Shown here: positions 31,175 to 39,225 of the stretch, in pieces
How the letters are laid out: every line of letters starts with the position of its first letter
Numbering within the stretch: position 1 is the first letter of the stretch
DNA from: an uncultured Candidatus Saccharibacteria bacterium
GTDB lineage: Bacteria > Patescibacteriota > Saccharimonadia > Saccharimonadales > Saccharimonadaceae
DNA length: 64,000 nucleotides
Direction of reading: 5' to 3'
Assembly (NCBI GenBank): GCA_947425085.1
Contig: CANDYV010000001.1
Coordinates: 11,253 to 75,252 of the forward strand
Position numbers and translations under genes: made by a program
The notes under the pieces: generated by a model
Seen by the model: only the letters and a program-made list of their open reading frames with translations
Database searches by the model: none
What the model was told of the DNA's origin: nothing

Positions 31175-31237
31175 ACCCTAGTAGAGGCCTTTCTTCCGAG
31201 GTGACACCCGGAAACGACTCGCAATTAACGCACAGAC

Positions 31238-31266
31238 TTGACATTTTTATCGACCTGTGCTACAAT
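31238..31266 (+). promoter_or_regulatory. Near-consensus sigma70 promoter
   Basis: TTGACA-17 bp-TACAAT with a TG extension. Confidence 0.8.
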
Positions 31267-31417
31267 AGATGTAAGCCAACCGAATTGGTTAGTTTCGGCA
31301 TGTCTAAAATGTTTAAAGCGAGACGCACTACGCGTCCGAAGAGGCATCGCTCGAACTCCCCAATCGGTTCGCTTCGCACTGGTCCAAAAATCCACCACAG
31401 AAAAGAGGTGAATATGA

Positions 31418-31621
31418 ATGTCTTGGACTCAGCACAACTCCGACCTGCAACCGGCCGGAACCCAATCTACGGGCGCATATGGCAGCTCCCACTCAAGCCC
31501 GATCTCGGCTCTCTTGAGTGGATTCAGCAAGAGCCCTGCGCAATGTGAAGACGCCTACGGCGTCTACAAGTCCGAGTACGACCGCGAGGTCGCCAGACTC
31601 AAGCGTGAAGGTCGCCTGTGA
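31418..31621 (+). CDS. Small orphan protein (67 aa)
   Basis: SD gaggtg 7 nt before the ATG. Lies inside a promoter-terminator unit. Confidence 0.5.
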   Translation: MSWTQHNSDLQPAGTQSTGAYGSSHSSPISALLSGFSKSPAQCEDAYGVYKSEYDREVARLKREGRL

Positions 31622-31822
31622 GTGACAACATCCGTCGCCACCAAGACCCGCGCTTTAGCGCAGTTGAAGCGCTAACCGCGGCGAGAGGCTGACCAGGAAG
31701 GCTAGCCAAGCCAGCCGCTCTCCGCGGCAAAGGCTCTTCGCGCAAAGTCCGCGCGAAAACCGAAGCACAACCCCTGCGCTAGCACACCAGGCGCACCCTG
31801 CGCCAACCCGCGCTCATGACCA

Positions 31823-31854
31823 GGGCGGCCCCATAACGGCCGCCCAATTTTCTT
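31823..31854 (+). terminator. Terminator-like hairpin closing the orphan unit
   Basis: Stem gggcggcc/ggccgccc followed by aattttctt. Confidence 0.65.
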
Positions 31855-31928
31855 GTCAAAAACATAGACGAATGCATTACTAAGACGGCAAAAAGAAACG
31901 TAATTTTCCACACAAGCCAAACTTTCTA

Positions 31929-32160
31929 TGCTATAATAAAAACGTTCAATCTTGTTAACATATGTCAACTATTTTTAGTGACGTTGTCATTTTTACCTTT
32001 TGCGATTATCGCGTGTCGGAAACGGCACCGCAGCAATGCACACGATGGTCCGAAAGGTTCAAAGTTGACGCGTTGACAGGATTGAACACCCCTGCGGTGT
32101 CGTTTTTGTTTTAGGGCATGGACGGCCGCTGAGGTTATCAAACCTAAAAGGAGGGCTGTG
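31929..32160 (+). promoter_or_regulatory. Extended -10 promoter plus structured 5' leader (candidate cis-regulatory RNA), copy 1
   Basis: TGcTATAAT at 31929-31937. 31944-31970 pairs with 32063-32087 and 32020-32033 pairs with 32092-32105, followed by a U-rich tract and SD aggagg. Confidence 0.65.
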
Positions 32161-33216
32161 ATGCTAAAATACCAAAGAAACTTTAATGCTGTTGGAGGAA
32201 TAAGCTGCTTTTGCTTACTTTTGCTAGAACTTTTTCTAATCAACCCACTCGCAAGTTCGCCAGCTAGCGCCATTGAAGAAGCCGGCCAAGCTGATTCTGG
32301 GCAGTCCTTCGTAAGTTCTTCCGTCAAGATCGAATTTCTACCGGTCGCCTCTCCTAGCCCGATTACCCCGACCACGCCTGAAGGCGTGTCCGCGCAGGCA
32401 ACGGTTCGCTCTAACATCGGAATCAAAAATTCCGGCGGCTATAGCATTTATCTAGGCGGTTCCGGCGAGCTTGTCGGTCAAAAGACCGGTGCAACAATTT
32501 CCGGCACGCCCAACCCCTCAACTCTCGAAGATCTCCCAGCAAACACTTGGGGCTATGCCGTCACTACGGAAGAAAGCCTCCCATCAGATACAACCTATAA
32601 AGCGTTATCGGCTGGCCAAGGCGACCTCTTGGCCAGTCAGAACACTCCAGTTCGCGAAACCAACCATACTTTCACACTTGGCTTCGCAACGAAAATTGGC
32701 GTAGATCGCCCGGCCGACACCTACGAAGGAAAGTTTGTGCTTTCGGTTATCTCCTCGCCGCGCGAGCTCGTCGCGCTCAGTGATTTGGATACTTTGCAAC
32801 AAATGACGAGTAAAATCTGCGAAAATACAGCGCCGGGCACCGAGGTCGAACTTATCGATGAGCGCGACGGTCAAATCTACCCCGTCACCAAATTTGCCAA
32901 GGATAATAACTGTTGGATAACTCGGAACCTAGACTATGCGCTAGATCCAGGCGCTCCATTGACGAGCGAACTTTCCGATGTCTCGACGACATGGACGCCG
33001 CCGGCTACTGTGCTAACCGGCTCGCCGTCCAACTTTAATAATAGCAGCAATGATCTCGTTGCCTCATATCGAAGCGCCGACAATGCCACTTACGGTACGT
33101 ATTATTCCTGGGGCGCCGCAACCGCCTTTATCGTGCCGTTTGACCCTGGCGTAATCTGGCCGTCGGGTGTCACCAGCCGCTTTAACGGCTGCTCCGTTCG
33201 CTGCATCGCGCGATAA
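32161..33216 (+). CDS. Secreted FISUMP (Fib_succ_major)-domain surface protein, copy 1, with internally shortened C-terminal domain
   Basis: Signal-like N-terminus, NTWGY beta-domain, LQQMT..IC, DERDG..Y, CWITRNLDY, YYSWGAATA and SVRCIAR. Alternative GTG start at 32158. Confidence 0.82.
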   Translation: MLKYQRNFNAVGGISCFCLLLLELFLINPLASSPASAIEEAGQADSGQSFVSSSVKIEFLPVASPSPITPTTPEGVSAQATVRSNIGIKNSGGYSIYLGGSGELVGQKTGATISGTPNPSTLEDLPANTWGYAVTTEESLPSDTTYKALSAGQGDLLASQNTPVRETNHTFTLGFATKIGVDRPADTYEGKFVLSVISSPRELVALSDLDTLQQMTSKICENTAPGTEVELIDERDGQIYPVTKFAKDNNCWITRNLDYALDPGAPLTSELSDVSTTWTPPATVLTGSPSNFNNSSNDLVASYRSADNATYGTYYSWGAATAFIVPFDPGVIWPSGVTSRFNGCSVRCIAR

Positions 33217-33296
33217 AACTCTACAACGGTTGTAGAGTTTGGAGATTGACTAACAGGGGTGGAGAAAAATAAAAGTCTACAATGGTGATAGAGTTT
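33216..33296. repeat. Perfect 25-bp palindrome and a degenerate second copy
   Basis: aaactctacaac-g-gttgtagagttt (33216-33240) and aaagtctacaatggtgatagagttt (33272-33296); 21/25 identical, 31 bp apart. Confidence 0.75.
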
Positions 33297-33322
33297 GAGG
33301 GTTTCTGGAATTTCTAGGTTTT

Positions 33323-33497
33323 CTCCGCCCCAGCCTCCGCAACCGCCAAAATAAGTCAACCTGCCCGCGAATTATAACGCAGGAAACGATATAGCACATA
33401 CTTATTCCTTTTTTACAATAAAATCGATATCGAAGAGCTTATAAATCTACCCAACAGATTTATTAACTTATTTGGCGGGGCGGCGACTGGGGCGGAG
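33323..33497. repeat. Inverted-repeat-bounded element with conserved core, copy 1
   Basis: Imperfect ~35-37 bp terminal IRs (ctccgccccag.../...ctggggcggag). Core 33387-33432 matches the reverse complement of 51667-51711 except for one indel. Confidence 0.8.
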
Positions 33498-33560
33498 TTC
33501 CTGTATCTCATAGCACATCGCTAAAGACAAACCCGTAATTGATACCATTCCAACGCAATC

Positions 33561-33589
33561 AAAAATCCCAGCCGTAAAACTGGGATTTT
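33561..33589 (-). terminator. Terminator after rpmE (likely bidirectional)
   Basis: Stem aaaatcccag/ctgggatttt. Confidence 0.8.
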
Positions 33590-33617
33590 CCAAACATCGC
33601 CTAAATGCAGAAGAAGA

Positions 33618-33956
33618 TTAAGCCTTAGCTTCGGCCTTCTCAGCTCTCTTGACAGCTTCTTTTTCGGCTTTTTTCACCTTGTTGCCAAGAGAAGCACGCA
33701 ACTTCGCCGCACGCTCAGCGCGAGCCTTGAAGCGATCGACACGACCCTCGGTATCGATAATCTTCTCTTCACCAGTAAAGAACGGATGCGAAGCAGAAGA
33801 AATCTGAACTTTCACCAAAGGATACTCATTGCCATCTTCCCACTTGATCGTTTCTTCACTTTTAGCCATCGAGCGCGTCAAGAACGAAAAGTTCGCTGCC
33901 TCATCCATGAAGACAACATAGCGATATTCTTGCGGTTGTGAAACTTTTTTACTCAT
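33618..33956 (-). CDS. rpmE: 50S ribosomal protein L31 type B (zinc-free) with basic C-terminal extension
   Basis: [17 protein letters not shown] and [11 protein letters not shown]...DTEGRVDRF. No Cys. Confidence 0.93.
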   Translation of the reverse strand: MSKKVSQPQEYRYVVFMDEAANFSFLTRSMAKSEETIKWEDGNEYPLVKVQISSASHPFFTGEEKIIDTEGRVDRFKARAERAAKLRASLGNKVKKAEKEAVKRAEKAEAKA

Positions 33957-34028
33957 AACTTTCTCCAGTTTATCACACTTTCGCCAACCTGTAAACCCCG
34001 AAATTACTAAAAACGCCGACCGAAGTAT

Positions 34029-34197
34029 TTGACAAACTAACTAAAGTTCGCTATAATGAAGGAGTAAATTAATCAACGAAACAGCCTCGGGAGGTTTCCT
34101 GATTTCAAGCCGCCGGTGAGAGCGCCATGTCGCAGCTTTGCGATGAAGCCTCAATAGCGGCCAGAAATCCCGCCCGTCGCAAAGAGAAAGGATAACC
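34029..34197 (+). promoter_or_regulatory. rpsB promoter and long structured 5' leader (possible S2 autoregulatory element)
   Basis: TTGACA-17-TATAAT at 34029-34057, then a ~135-nt GC-rich leader with hairpins (gccgc/gcggc, tcgca/tgcga). Confidence 0.55.
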
Positions 34198-34905
34198 ATG
34201 ACTGTCGATCCAAAAAACATCGATATCAAAGCCCTGCTCGAAGCAGGTGCGCACTTCGGCCACAAAACTAGCCGCTGGCACCCGAAAATGGCGCCATACA
34301 TCCACAGCAAACGCCAGGGTGGCCATATTATTAACCTTGAGAAAACTGTTGAAGCTCTCGAAAAGGCTCTCCCAGAACTCACCAAAATCGCCGCGAGCGG
34401 CAAGAAAATCCTCTTCGTCGGCACGAAGAAACAGCTCAAAGACGCAACTAAGGCTGCTGCTGAATCCGTCGACATGCCGTATGTTACGGTTCGCTGGGTT
34501 GGCGGCATCTTGACCAACGTCGAGACCGTCAATCGTCAGATTAAGAAGTTGAAAGACCTTGAGCGCCGCATGGCTTCTGGCGAACTTGAAGCTCGCTACT
34601 CGAAGCTCGAAGTCCAGCGCTTCCAGGAAGAAATCGACCTCTTGAACGAACGCTACGGCGGTATCAAAGACATGACCGAGCAGCCAGCTGCTATCATCGT
34701 CACCGACGCTTGCCAGGATAAGAACGCCATCAAAGAAGCGAACACCTTGAAGATCCCTGTCTTCGCTATCGTCGATACCAACGTTGACCCATCCAACGTC
34801 AACTACGTCATCCCGGCTAACGACGACGCTATCAAGTCTGTCCAGCTCTTGCTCGACTACTTCGTTGCCGCTATCAAGGCTGGCGAAGCTAAGAAAAATG
34901 CTTAA
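34198..34905 (+). CDS. rpsB: 30S ribosomal protein S2
   Basis: LLEAGAHFGH, WHPKMAPYI, FVGTKKQ, RWVGGILTN and IPANDDA. Confidence 0.97.
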   Translation: MTVDPKNIDIKALLEAGAHFGHKTSRWHPKMAPYIHSKRQGGHIINLEKTVEALEKALPELTKIAASGKKILFVGTKKQLKDATKAAAESVDMPYVTVRWVGGILTNVETVNRQIKKLKDLERRMASGELEARYSKLEVQRFQEEIDLLNERYGGIKDMTEQPAAIIVTDACQDKNAIKEANTLKIPVFAIVDTNVDPSNVNYVIPANDDAIKSVQLLLDYFVAAIKAGEAKKNA

Positions 34906-34949
34906 TCTCTCTCGGCAATCCGAGAACTAGAAACTAACAAAGGAGGCAA

Positions 34950-35573
34950 ATGAGCCAAGAACTCAAAGAAAAAGCTGGCGAAGTCAAAGCCATCTCTATC
35001 GAACTTATCAAAAAACTCAAGGAATTGTCCGGCGTTGGTTTGACCGACGCGAAACAAGCCCTCGTTGAGGCGAAAGGCGACTTCGACAAGGCTCTCGACG
35101 CTATGCGTAAAAAAGGTATGACCAAGGCCGAGAAGCGCGGTGATCGCGAAACTCGCGAAGGTATCATCGAGACCTACGTCCACGACGGCCGTCTCGGCGC
35201 TATCGTCGAAGTTAACTGCGAAACCAGCTTCGTCGCCAAGACCGACGAGTTCAAAGATCTCGCCCACAAGCTCGCGATGCAAATCGCCTCGATGAACCCG
35301 CTTTACGTTTCGATTGAGGACATTCCAGAAAAAGATCTCGAAGCCAAGAAGAAGGAATTTGAAGCCAATTTCAAGGGCCCAGAGAATATGAAAGACCAGA
35401 TTATCAGTGGTCAGATTAAGAAGGCTTTCTCTGACAAAGTTTTGATGGAACAGCCTTATATCTTGGATGATAATTTGACTGTCGCTCAGTTCATCAAGGA
35501 AGCGATCGCCAAGACCGGCGAGAATATCACCGTGCGCCAATTCAAGCGCCTTGAACTCGGTGTGACCGAATAA
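34950..35573 (+). CDS. tsf: Elongation factor Ts (short form)
   Basis: IKKLKELSG, EVNCETSFVAK and AMQIAS; follows rpsB. Confidence 0.95.
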   Translation: MSQELKEKAGEVKAISIELIKKLKELSGVGLTDAKQALVEAKGDFDKALDAMRKKGMTKAEKRGDRETREGIIETYVHDGRLGAIVEVNCETSFVAKTDEFKDLAHKLAMQIASMNPLYVSIEDIPEKDLEAKKKEFEANFKGPENMKDQIISGQIKKAFSDKVLMEQPYILDDNLTVAQFIKEAIAKTGENITVRQFKRLELGVTE

Positions 35574-35645
35574 TTTGCTAAGTTTGCTCGGCGCTAGGCC
35601 TTATAGTATCCTGGCGCCGACTTTATAATCCTACGAGGAGGTATT

Positions 35646-36188
35646 ATGTTTGACGATGGTGAATATCGAAAGGCGATGGACGCCGCTGTCCTGCGCTTTC
35701 AGGATGAGTTGAAAAAAGTTCGCACCGGCCGGGCGCACCCCGACATGCTTGCGAACGTGAAAGTCGAGGCTTATGGGCAATTCATGCCGCTAAATCAAGT
35801 TGCAAACGTCACCGCAAGCGGCGGGACTATGCTCCAGGTCACGCCTTTCGACCCTAGCACTATCCAAGCCATCGCTACCGCTATTCGTAGCGACGCCGCT
35901 CTCGGCCTTAACCCGTCCGATGATGGCCACGTTGTCCGCGTGCCGGTTCCGCCATTGACTGAAGAACGTCGCAAAGAAATCGTCAAAACCACTTCTTCCA
36001 AAGTTGAAGACGCAAAAATCGCCATTCGTAACGTCCGCGAAGATGCGCGTAAAGAACTGAAAAACGCCGAACTTCCCGAAGACGTGAAGAAAAAAGCCGA
36101 AAAGGCCGTCGATGAGCTAACAAAAACCTTCACCGACAAAATTGATGCCGCGTTCAAAGAAAAATCCGCGGAGATTATGGCAATCTAA
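35646..36188 (+). CDS. frr: Ribosome recycling factor
   Basis: VRTGRAHP, LGLNPS, PPLTEERRKE and IRNVRE. Confidence 0.96.
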   Translation: MFDDGEYRKAMDAAVLRFQDELKKVRTGRAHPDMLANVKVEAYGQFMPLNQVANVTASGGTMLQVTPFDPSTIQAIATAIRSDAALGLNPSDDGHVVRVPVPPLTEERRKEIVKTTSSKVEDAKIAIRNVREDARKELKNAELPEDVKKKAEKAVDELTKTFTDKIDAAFKEKSAEIMAI

Positions 36189-36868
36189 TGGCAGGCGAAC
36201 TCACTCACATTGGTTTTATTTGCGACGGGAATCGCCGCTGGGCGCGGGCTCAAAACCTCCCGACCCTCGAAGGTCACAAACGCGGTTTCGACAAAGTTGA
36301 AGTTATCATCGACGCACTCAAAGATACCGAAGTTCAATTTCTTTCGTTCTTCCTCTTTAGCACCGAAAACTGGGATCGCTCGCCCGAAGAAATCGCTTAC
36401 CTGATGGACTTAGTCGAGAAGAAAATCGACGATTTGACTAAAAAGGCCATGAAAGATAACATGCGCGTTGTCGTCATGGGACGCCCAGAGCCAGTCAAGC
36501 CGAAACTTTGGCAAAAAATCATGAATTCCGAGGCCGAAACCGCCGAAAACACCGGCAAGACGATTTGTATCTGCTTTAACTATGGTGGTAAGTGGGAGAT
36601 TGCCGACGCCGCGACGAAAGCTATCGCTGCCGGCGAAACCGAACTCACTCCTGAAACTTTCGAGAAGTATCTCTATCATCCCGAGGTTCCGGCCTGCGAC
36701 TTAATCATCCGCACCTCCGGCGAAGAACGCATTTCCGGGTTCCAGCTGTGGCGCGCCGCCTATGCCGAGTTCCTCTTTATCGACAAACACTTCCCGGCCA
36801 TCGAAGCCGAAGATTGCCAGAAGTTTCTCGACGAGTTTCACAACCGCCAACGTCGCTTCGGCAAATAA
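36188..36868 (+). CDS. uppS: Undecaprenyl (polyprenyl) diphosphate synthase
   Basis: HIGFICDGNRRWA, FSTENWDR, NYGG and DLIIRTSGEERISGF. Confidence 0.95.
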   Translation: MAGELTHIGFICDGNRRWARAQNLPTLEGHKRGFDKVEVIIDALKDTEVQFLSFFLFSTENWDRSPEEIAYLMDLVEKKIDDLTKKAMKDNMRVVVMGRPEPVKPKLWQKIMNSEAETAENTGKTICICFNYGGKWEIADAATKAIAAGETELTPETFEKYLYHPEVPACDLIIRTSGEERISGFQLWRAAYAEFLFIDKHFPAIEAEDCQKFLDEFHNRQRRFGK

Positions 36869-36922
36869 GTCCCGACAGGCTTGCTGCGACTTAATGGTTG
36901 CCGCTAAAAACTTAACATAAGC

Positions 36923-36951
36923 AAAATCCGGAACTAGCCTTCCGGATTTTT
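36923..36951 (+). terminator. Terminator after uppS
   Basis: Stem aaaatccggaa/ttccggatttt. Confidence 0.8.
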
Positions 36952-36968
36952 GTGCTACAATAGTAACT

Positions 36969-38231
36969 ATGAATATTGTATTTGGGATTATTATTGGCTT
37001 GGTTATTTTAATGCTACTCGTCGTCGCGCACGAATTCGGACATTTCATCATGGCTCGTCGAAACGGCGTTCGAGTCCTCGAGTTCGGTATTGGCTTCGCT
37101 CCGCGCGCTATCGCTTGGGTGAAAAAACCAGTTGAACAAAAAGATAAAGACGGTAAACCTCTCCTCGACGCCGATGGTAAGCCAATCATGAAGCTTAAAT
37201 GGGTAAAAATCCCGAAAAAAGATTGGAACAAGCCTCAAGATAGCATGATTTTCAGTCTGAACTGGCTGCCAATCGGCGGGTTCTGCGCAATGGACGGGGA
37301 ATCTGATGCTGACCGCCGCAAGGGAACATTCGGCGCGGCCAGCTTCTGGGGCAAGACAAAGATCCTCTTCGGCGGCGTCGCTATGAACTGGCTAGTCGCT
37401 TTCGTCATCCTGACTGTCCTAGCCTTGACCGGCATGCCGCAATTCCTCGAACATCAATTCTATCTCGGCCAAGACGCCCAGCAAGTCGACGTCAGCCGCA
37501 GCGTTGTCGTCGACAAAGTCGTCGAAGGCTCGCCTGCCGACGAGGCTGGCTTTGAAAGTGGCGACGAAATCATCGCTATCGAAGGTGAGACCGTTTCCTC
37601 TGCTGCCGTTATCAGCCAATACGGCAAAGACCATGCCGGCGAAACCGTCAAATACAAAATCAAACGCGGCGAAGAAGAAAAAGAACTCACCGCCAATCTT
37701 AACCCCGCCGACTCTGAATACGCTCTCGGCGTCAGTATGGCAAGCTACGGCCAAACCTTCATCCGCTCGACCTGGTCAGCGCCAATCGTCGGCCTCGGCG
37801 TCACCGCCCAAATCACCGGCGAAACCTTCAAAAGCCTCGGCCAGCTTGTCTGGAACCTAGTCTCTGGCATCTTTCGCCAATTCAGCCCGAACGATACCGT
37901 GCGCGAGGAAGGCCGCGAAGATCTTGCTGCCGCCGGAGATTCAGTCTCTGGTCCCGTCGGCATTATCGGAGTAATCTTTCCGACATTCGCCAGCACAGGA
38001 ATCTCCAACCTCGCCTTCCTCGCAGCGCTTATCTCCGTTTCGCTCGCCTGTATGAACGTCCTCCCGATTCCGGCGCTCGACGGTGGCCGCTGGCTCATCA
38101 TCGCGATTTACAAACTTCGCCGCAAAAAACTCACCAAGGAAACCGAGGAGAAAATCGTTTCTCGCGCTTTTATGGTGCTTCTGGCCCTCATTGCTATTAT
38201 CACCATTCTTGATATTATTAAGTTGTTCTAA
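36969..38231 (+). CDS. rseP: RIP metalloprotease RseP (M50, PDZ)
   Basis: HEFGH, LPIGGF, a PDZ domain and NVLPIPALDGG. Confidence 0.93.
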   Translation: MNIVFGIIIGLVILMLLVVAHEFGHFIMARRNGVRVLEFGIGFAPRAIAWVKKPVEQKDKDGKPLLDADGKPIMKLKWVKIPKKDWNKPQDSMIFSLNWLPIGGFCAMDGESDADRRKGTFGAASFWGKTKILFGGVAMNWLVAFVILTVLALTGMPQFLEHQFYLGQDAQQVDVSRSVVVDKVVEGSPADEAGFESGDEIIAIEGETVSSAAVISQYGKDHAGETVKYKIKRGEEEKELTANLNPADSEYALGVSMASYGQTFIRSTWSAPIVGLGVTAQITGETFKSLGQLVWNLVSGIFRQFSPNDTVREEGREDLAAAGDSVSGPVGIIGVIFPTFASTGISNLAFLAALISVSLACMNVLPIPALDGGRWLIIAIYKLRRKKLTKETEEKIVSRAFMVLLALIAIITILDIIKLF

Positions 38232-38233
38232 CC

Positions 38234-39196
38234 ATGGCCGAAACTCCCAAAACCCCTAAAACTCAACCGGCAAAACCTCACACAACTTCCGTAAACTCAA
38301 ACGCAACTTCCGCAAAAACCGGCAGGACCTCTTCAAAAGCCAAAAAATCTCCTAAGTTCAAACTCCCAACCCGCCAAAAAGTCTATTACGCCATTTTCGT
38401 CCTTGCCTGGACGGCTTTCGCAATCACCGCCAGCCAATTTATCATCATTTATCCGATGATTTGGATTCTCGGTGAGAGCTTCACTGAACCGTTCTGGACA
38501 TTTATTTACTATATATTATATAACGCATTGGCGCTCACCCTTGTCATCCTCGTCCCGCCAAAACTCGCCGCACTCTACCGGCGAAACCATAATGCTAAAG
38601 GCGATCTAAAACCCGCCAGCCAAGCTCGCCTCAATCGCGCTAAAGCCGAGAAAGCCATCGAAGCCCCCCGGGCAGTCGTAAAGCCTACCGCAGAGACCGA
38701 CGAACTTTTCTCGACCAATCCCGAGGAGCTCGGCGTCTCAAGCTGGCCGACTTTCGTCGATATTGGCCTCGCGCCCATTGCCTATTTTGCCTACGCCGTT
38801 CTCACGAACATTATCATCAACATCTTCACTAGCTTCCCCTGGTTTAATGCTGACCAAGAGCAAAATGTCGGCTTTAACGGCTATTTTATCACTACTAGCG
38901 ACCGCATTTTTGCCATGCTCGCCATCGTTTTCATTGCCCCGATCGCTGAAGAACTTATCATGCGCGGTTGGCTCTATGGCAAACTCCGCAACAAGTTCAA
39001 AATCCCCCTCGCCATTTTCCTCACCTCAATTCTTTTCGCCGTTCTCCACGGTCAACTCAACGTCGGCATCAGCGTTTTCATCCTCAGCGTCATTCTCTGC
39101 GGCCTTCGCGAAATCACCGGCACCATCTGGAGTGGCATGCTCCTCCACATCCTCTCCAACGGCATCGCCTTCTACGCAATATATATCGCCCTCTAA
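38234..39196 (+). CDS. CPBP/CAAX-family intramembrane metalloprotease
   Basis: AEELIMRG, FAVLH and HILSN motifs. Confidence 0.88.
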   Translation: MAETPKTPKTQPAKPHTTSVNSNATSAKTGRTSSKAKKSPKFKLPTRQKVYYAIFVLAWTAFAITASQFIIIYPMIWILGESFTEPFWTFIYYILYNALALTLVILVPPKLAALYRRNHNAKGDLKPASQARLNRAKAEKAIEAPRAVVKPTAETDELFSTNPEELGVSSWPTFVDIGLAPIAYFAYAVLTNIIINIFTSFPWFNADQEQNVGFNGYFITTSDRIFAMLAIVFIAPIAEELIMRGWLYGKLRNKFKIPLAIFLTSILFAVLHGQLNVGISVFILSVILCGLREITGTIWSGMLLHILSNGIAFYAIYIAL

Positions 39197-39225
39197 AGTC
39201 TAAATTATGCTATAATATACCCATT

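Noticed and set aside
31676-31727. Hairpin containing caggaagg, resembling SRP (4.5S) RNA helix 8
   Set aside because: It lacks the CAGG-stem-GNRA-stem-AGCAG arrangement. Kept only as part of an unexplained structured region.
33216-33296. CRISPR array
   Set aside because: Only two units, one degenerate, and no cas genes. Reported as a repeat instead.
33323-33497. Integron attC site
   Set aside because: No RYYYAAC/GTTRRRY ends in the right positions, longer than a typical attC, no integrase in the window, and the genes have their own promoters.
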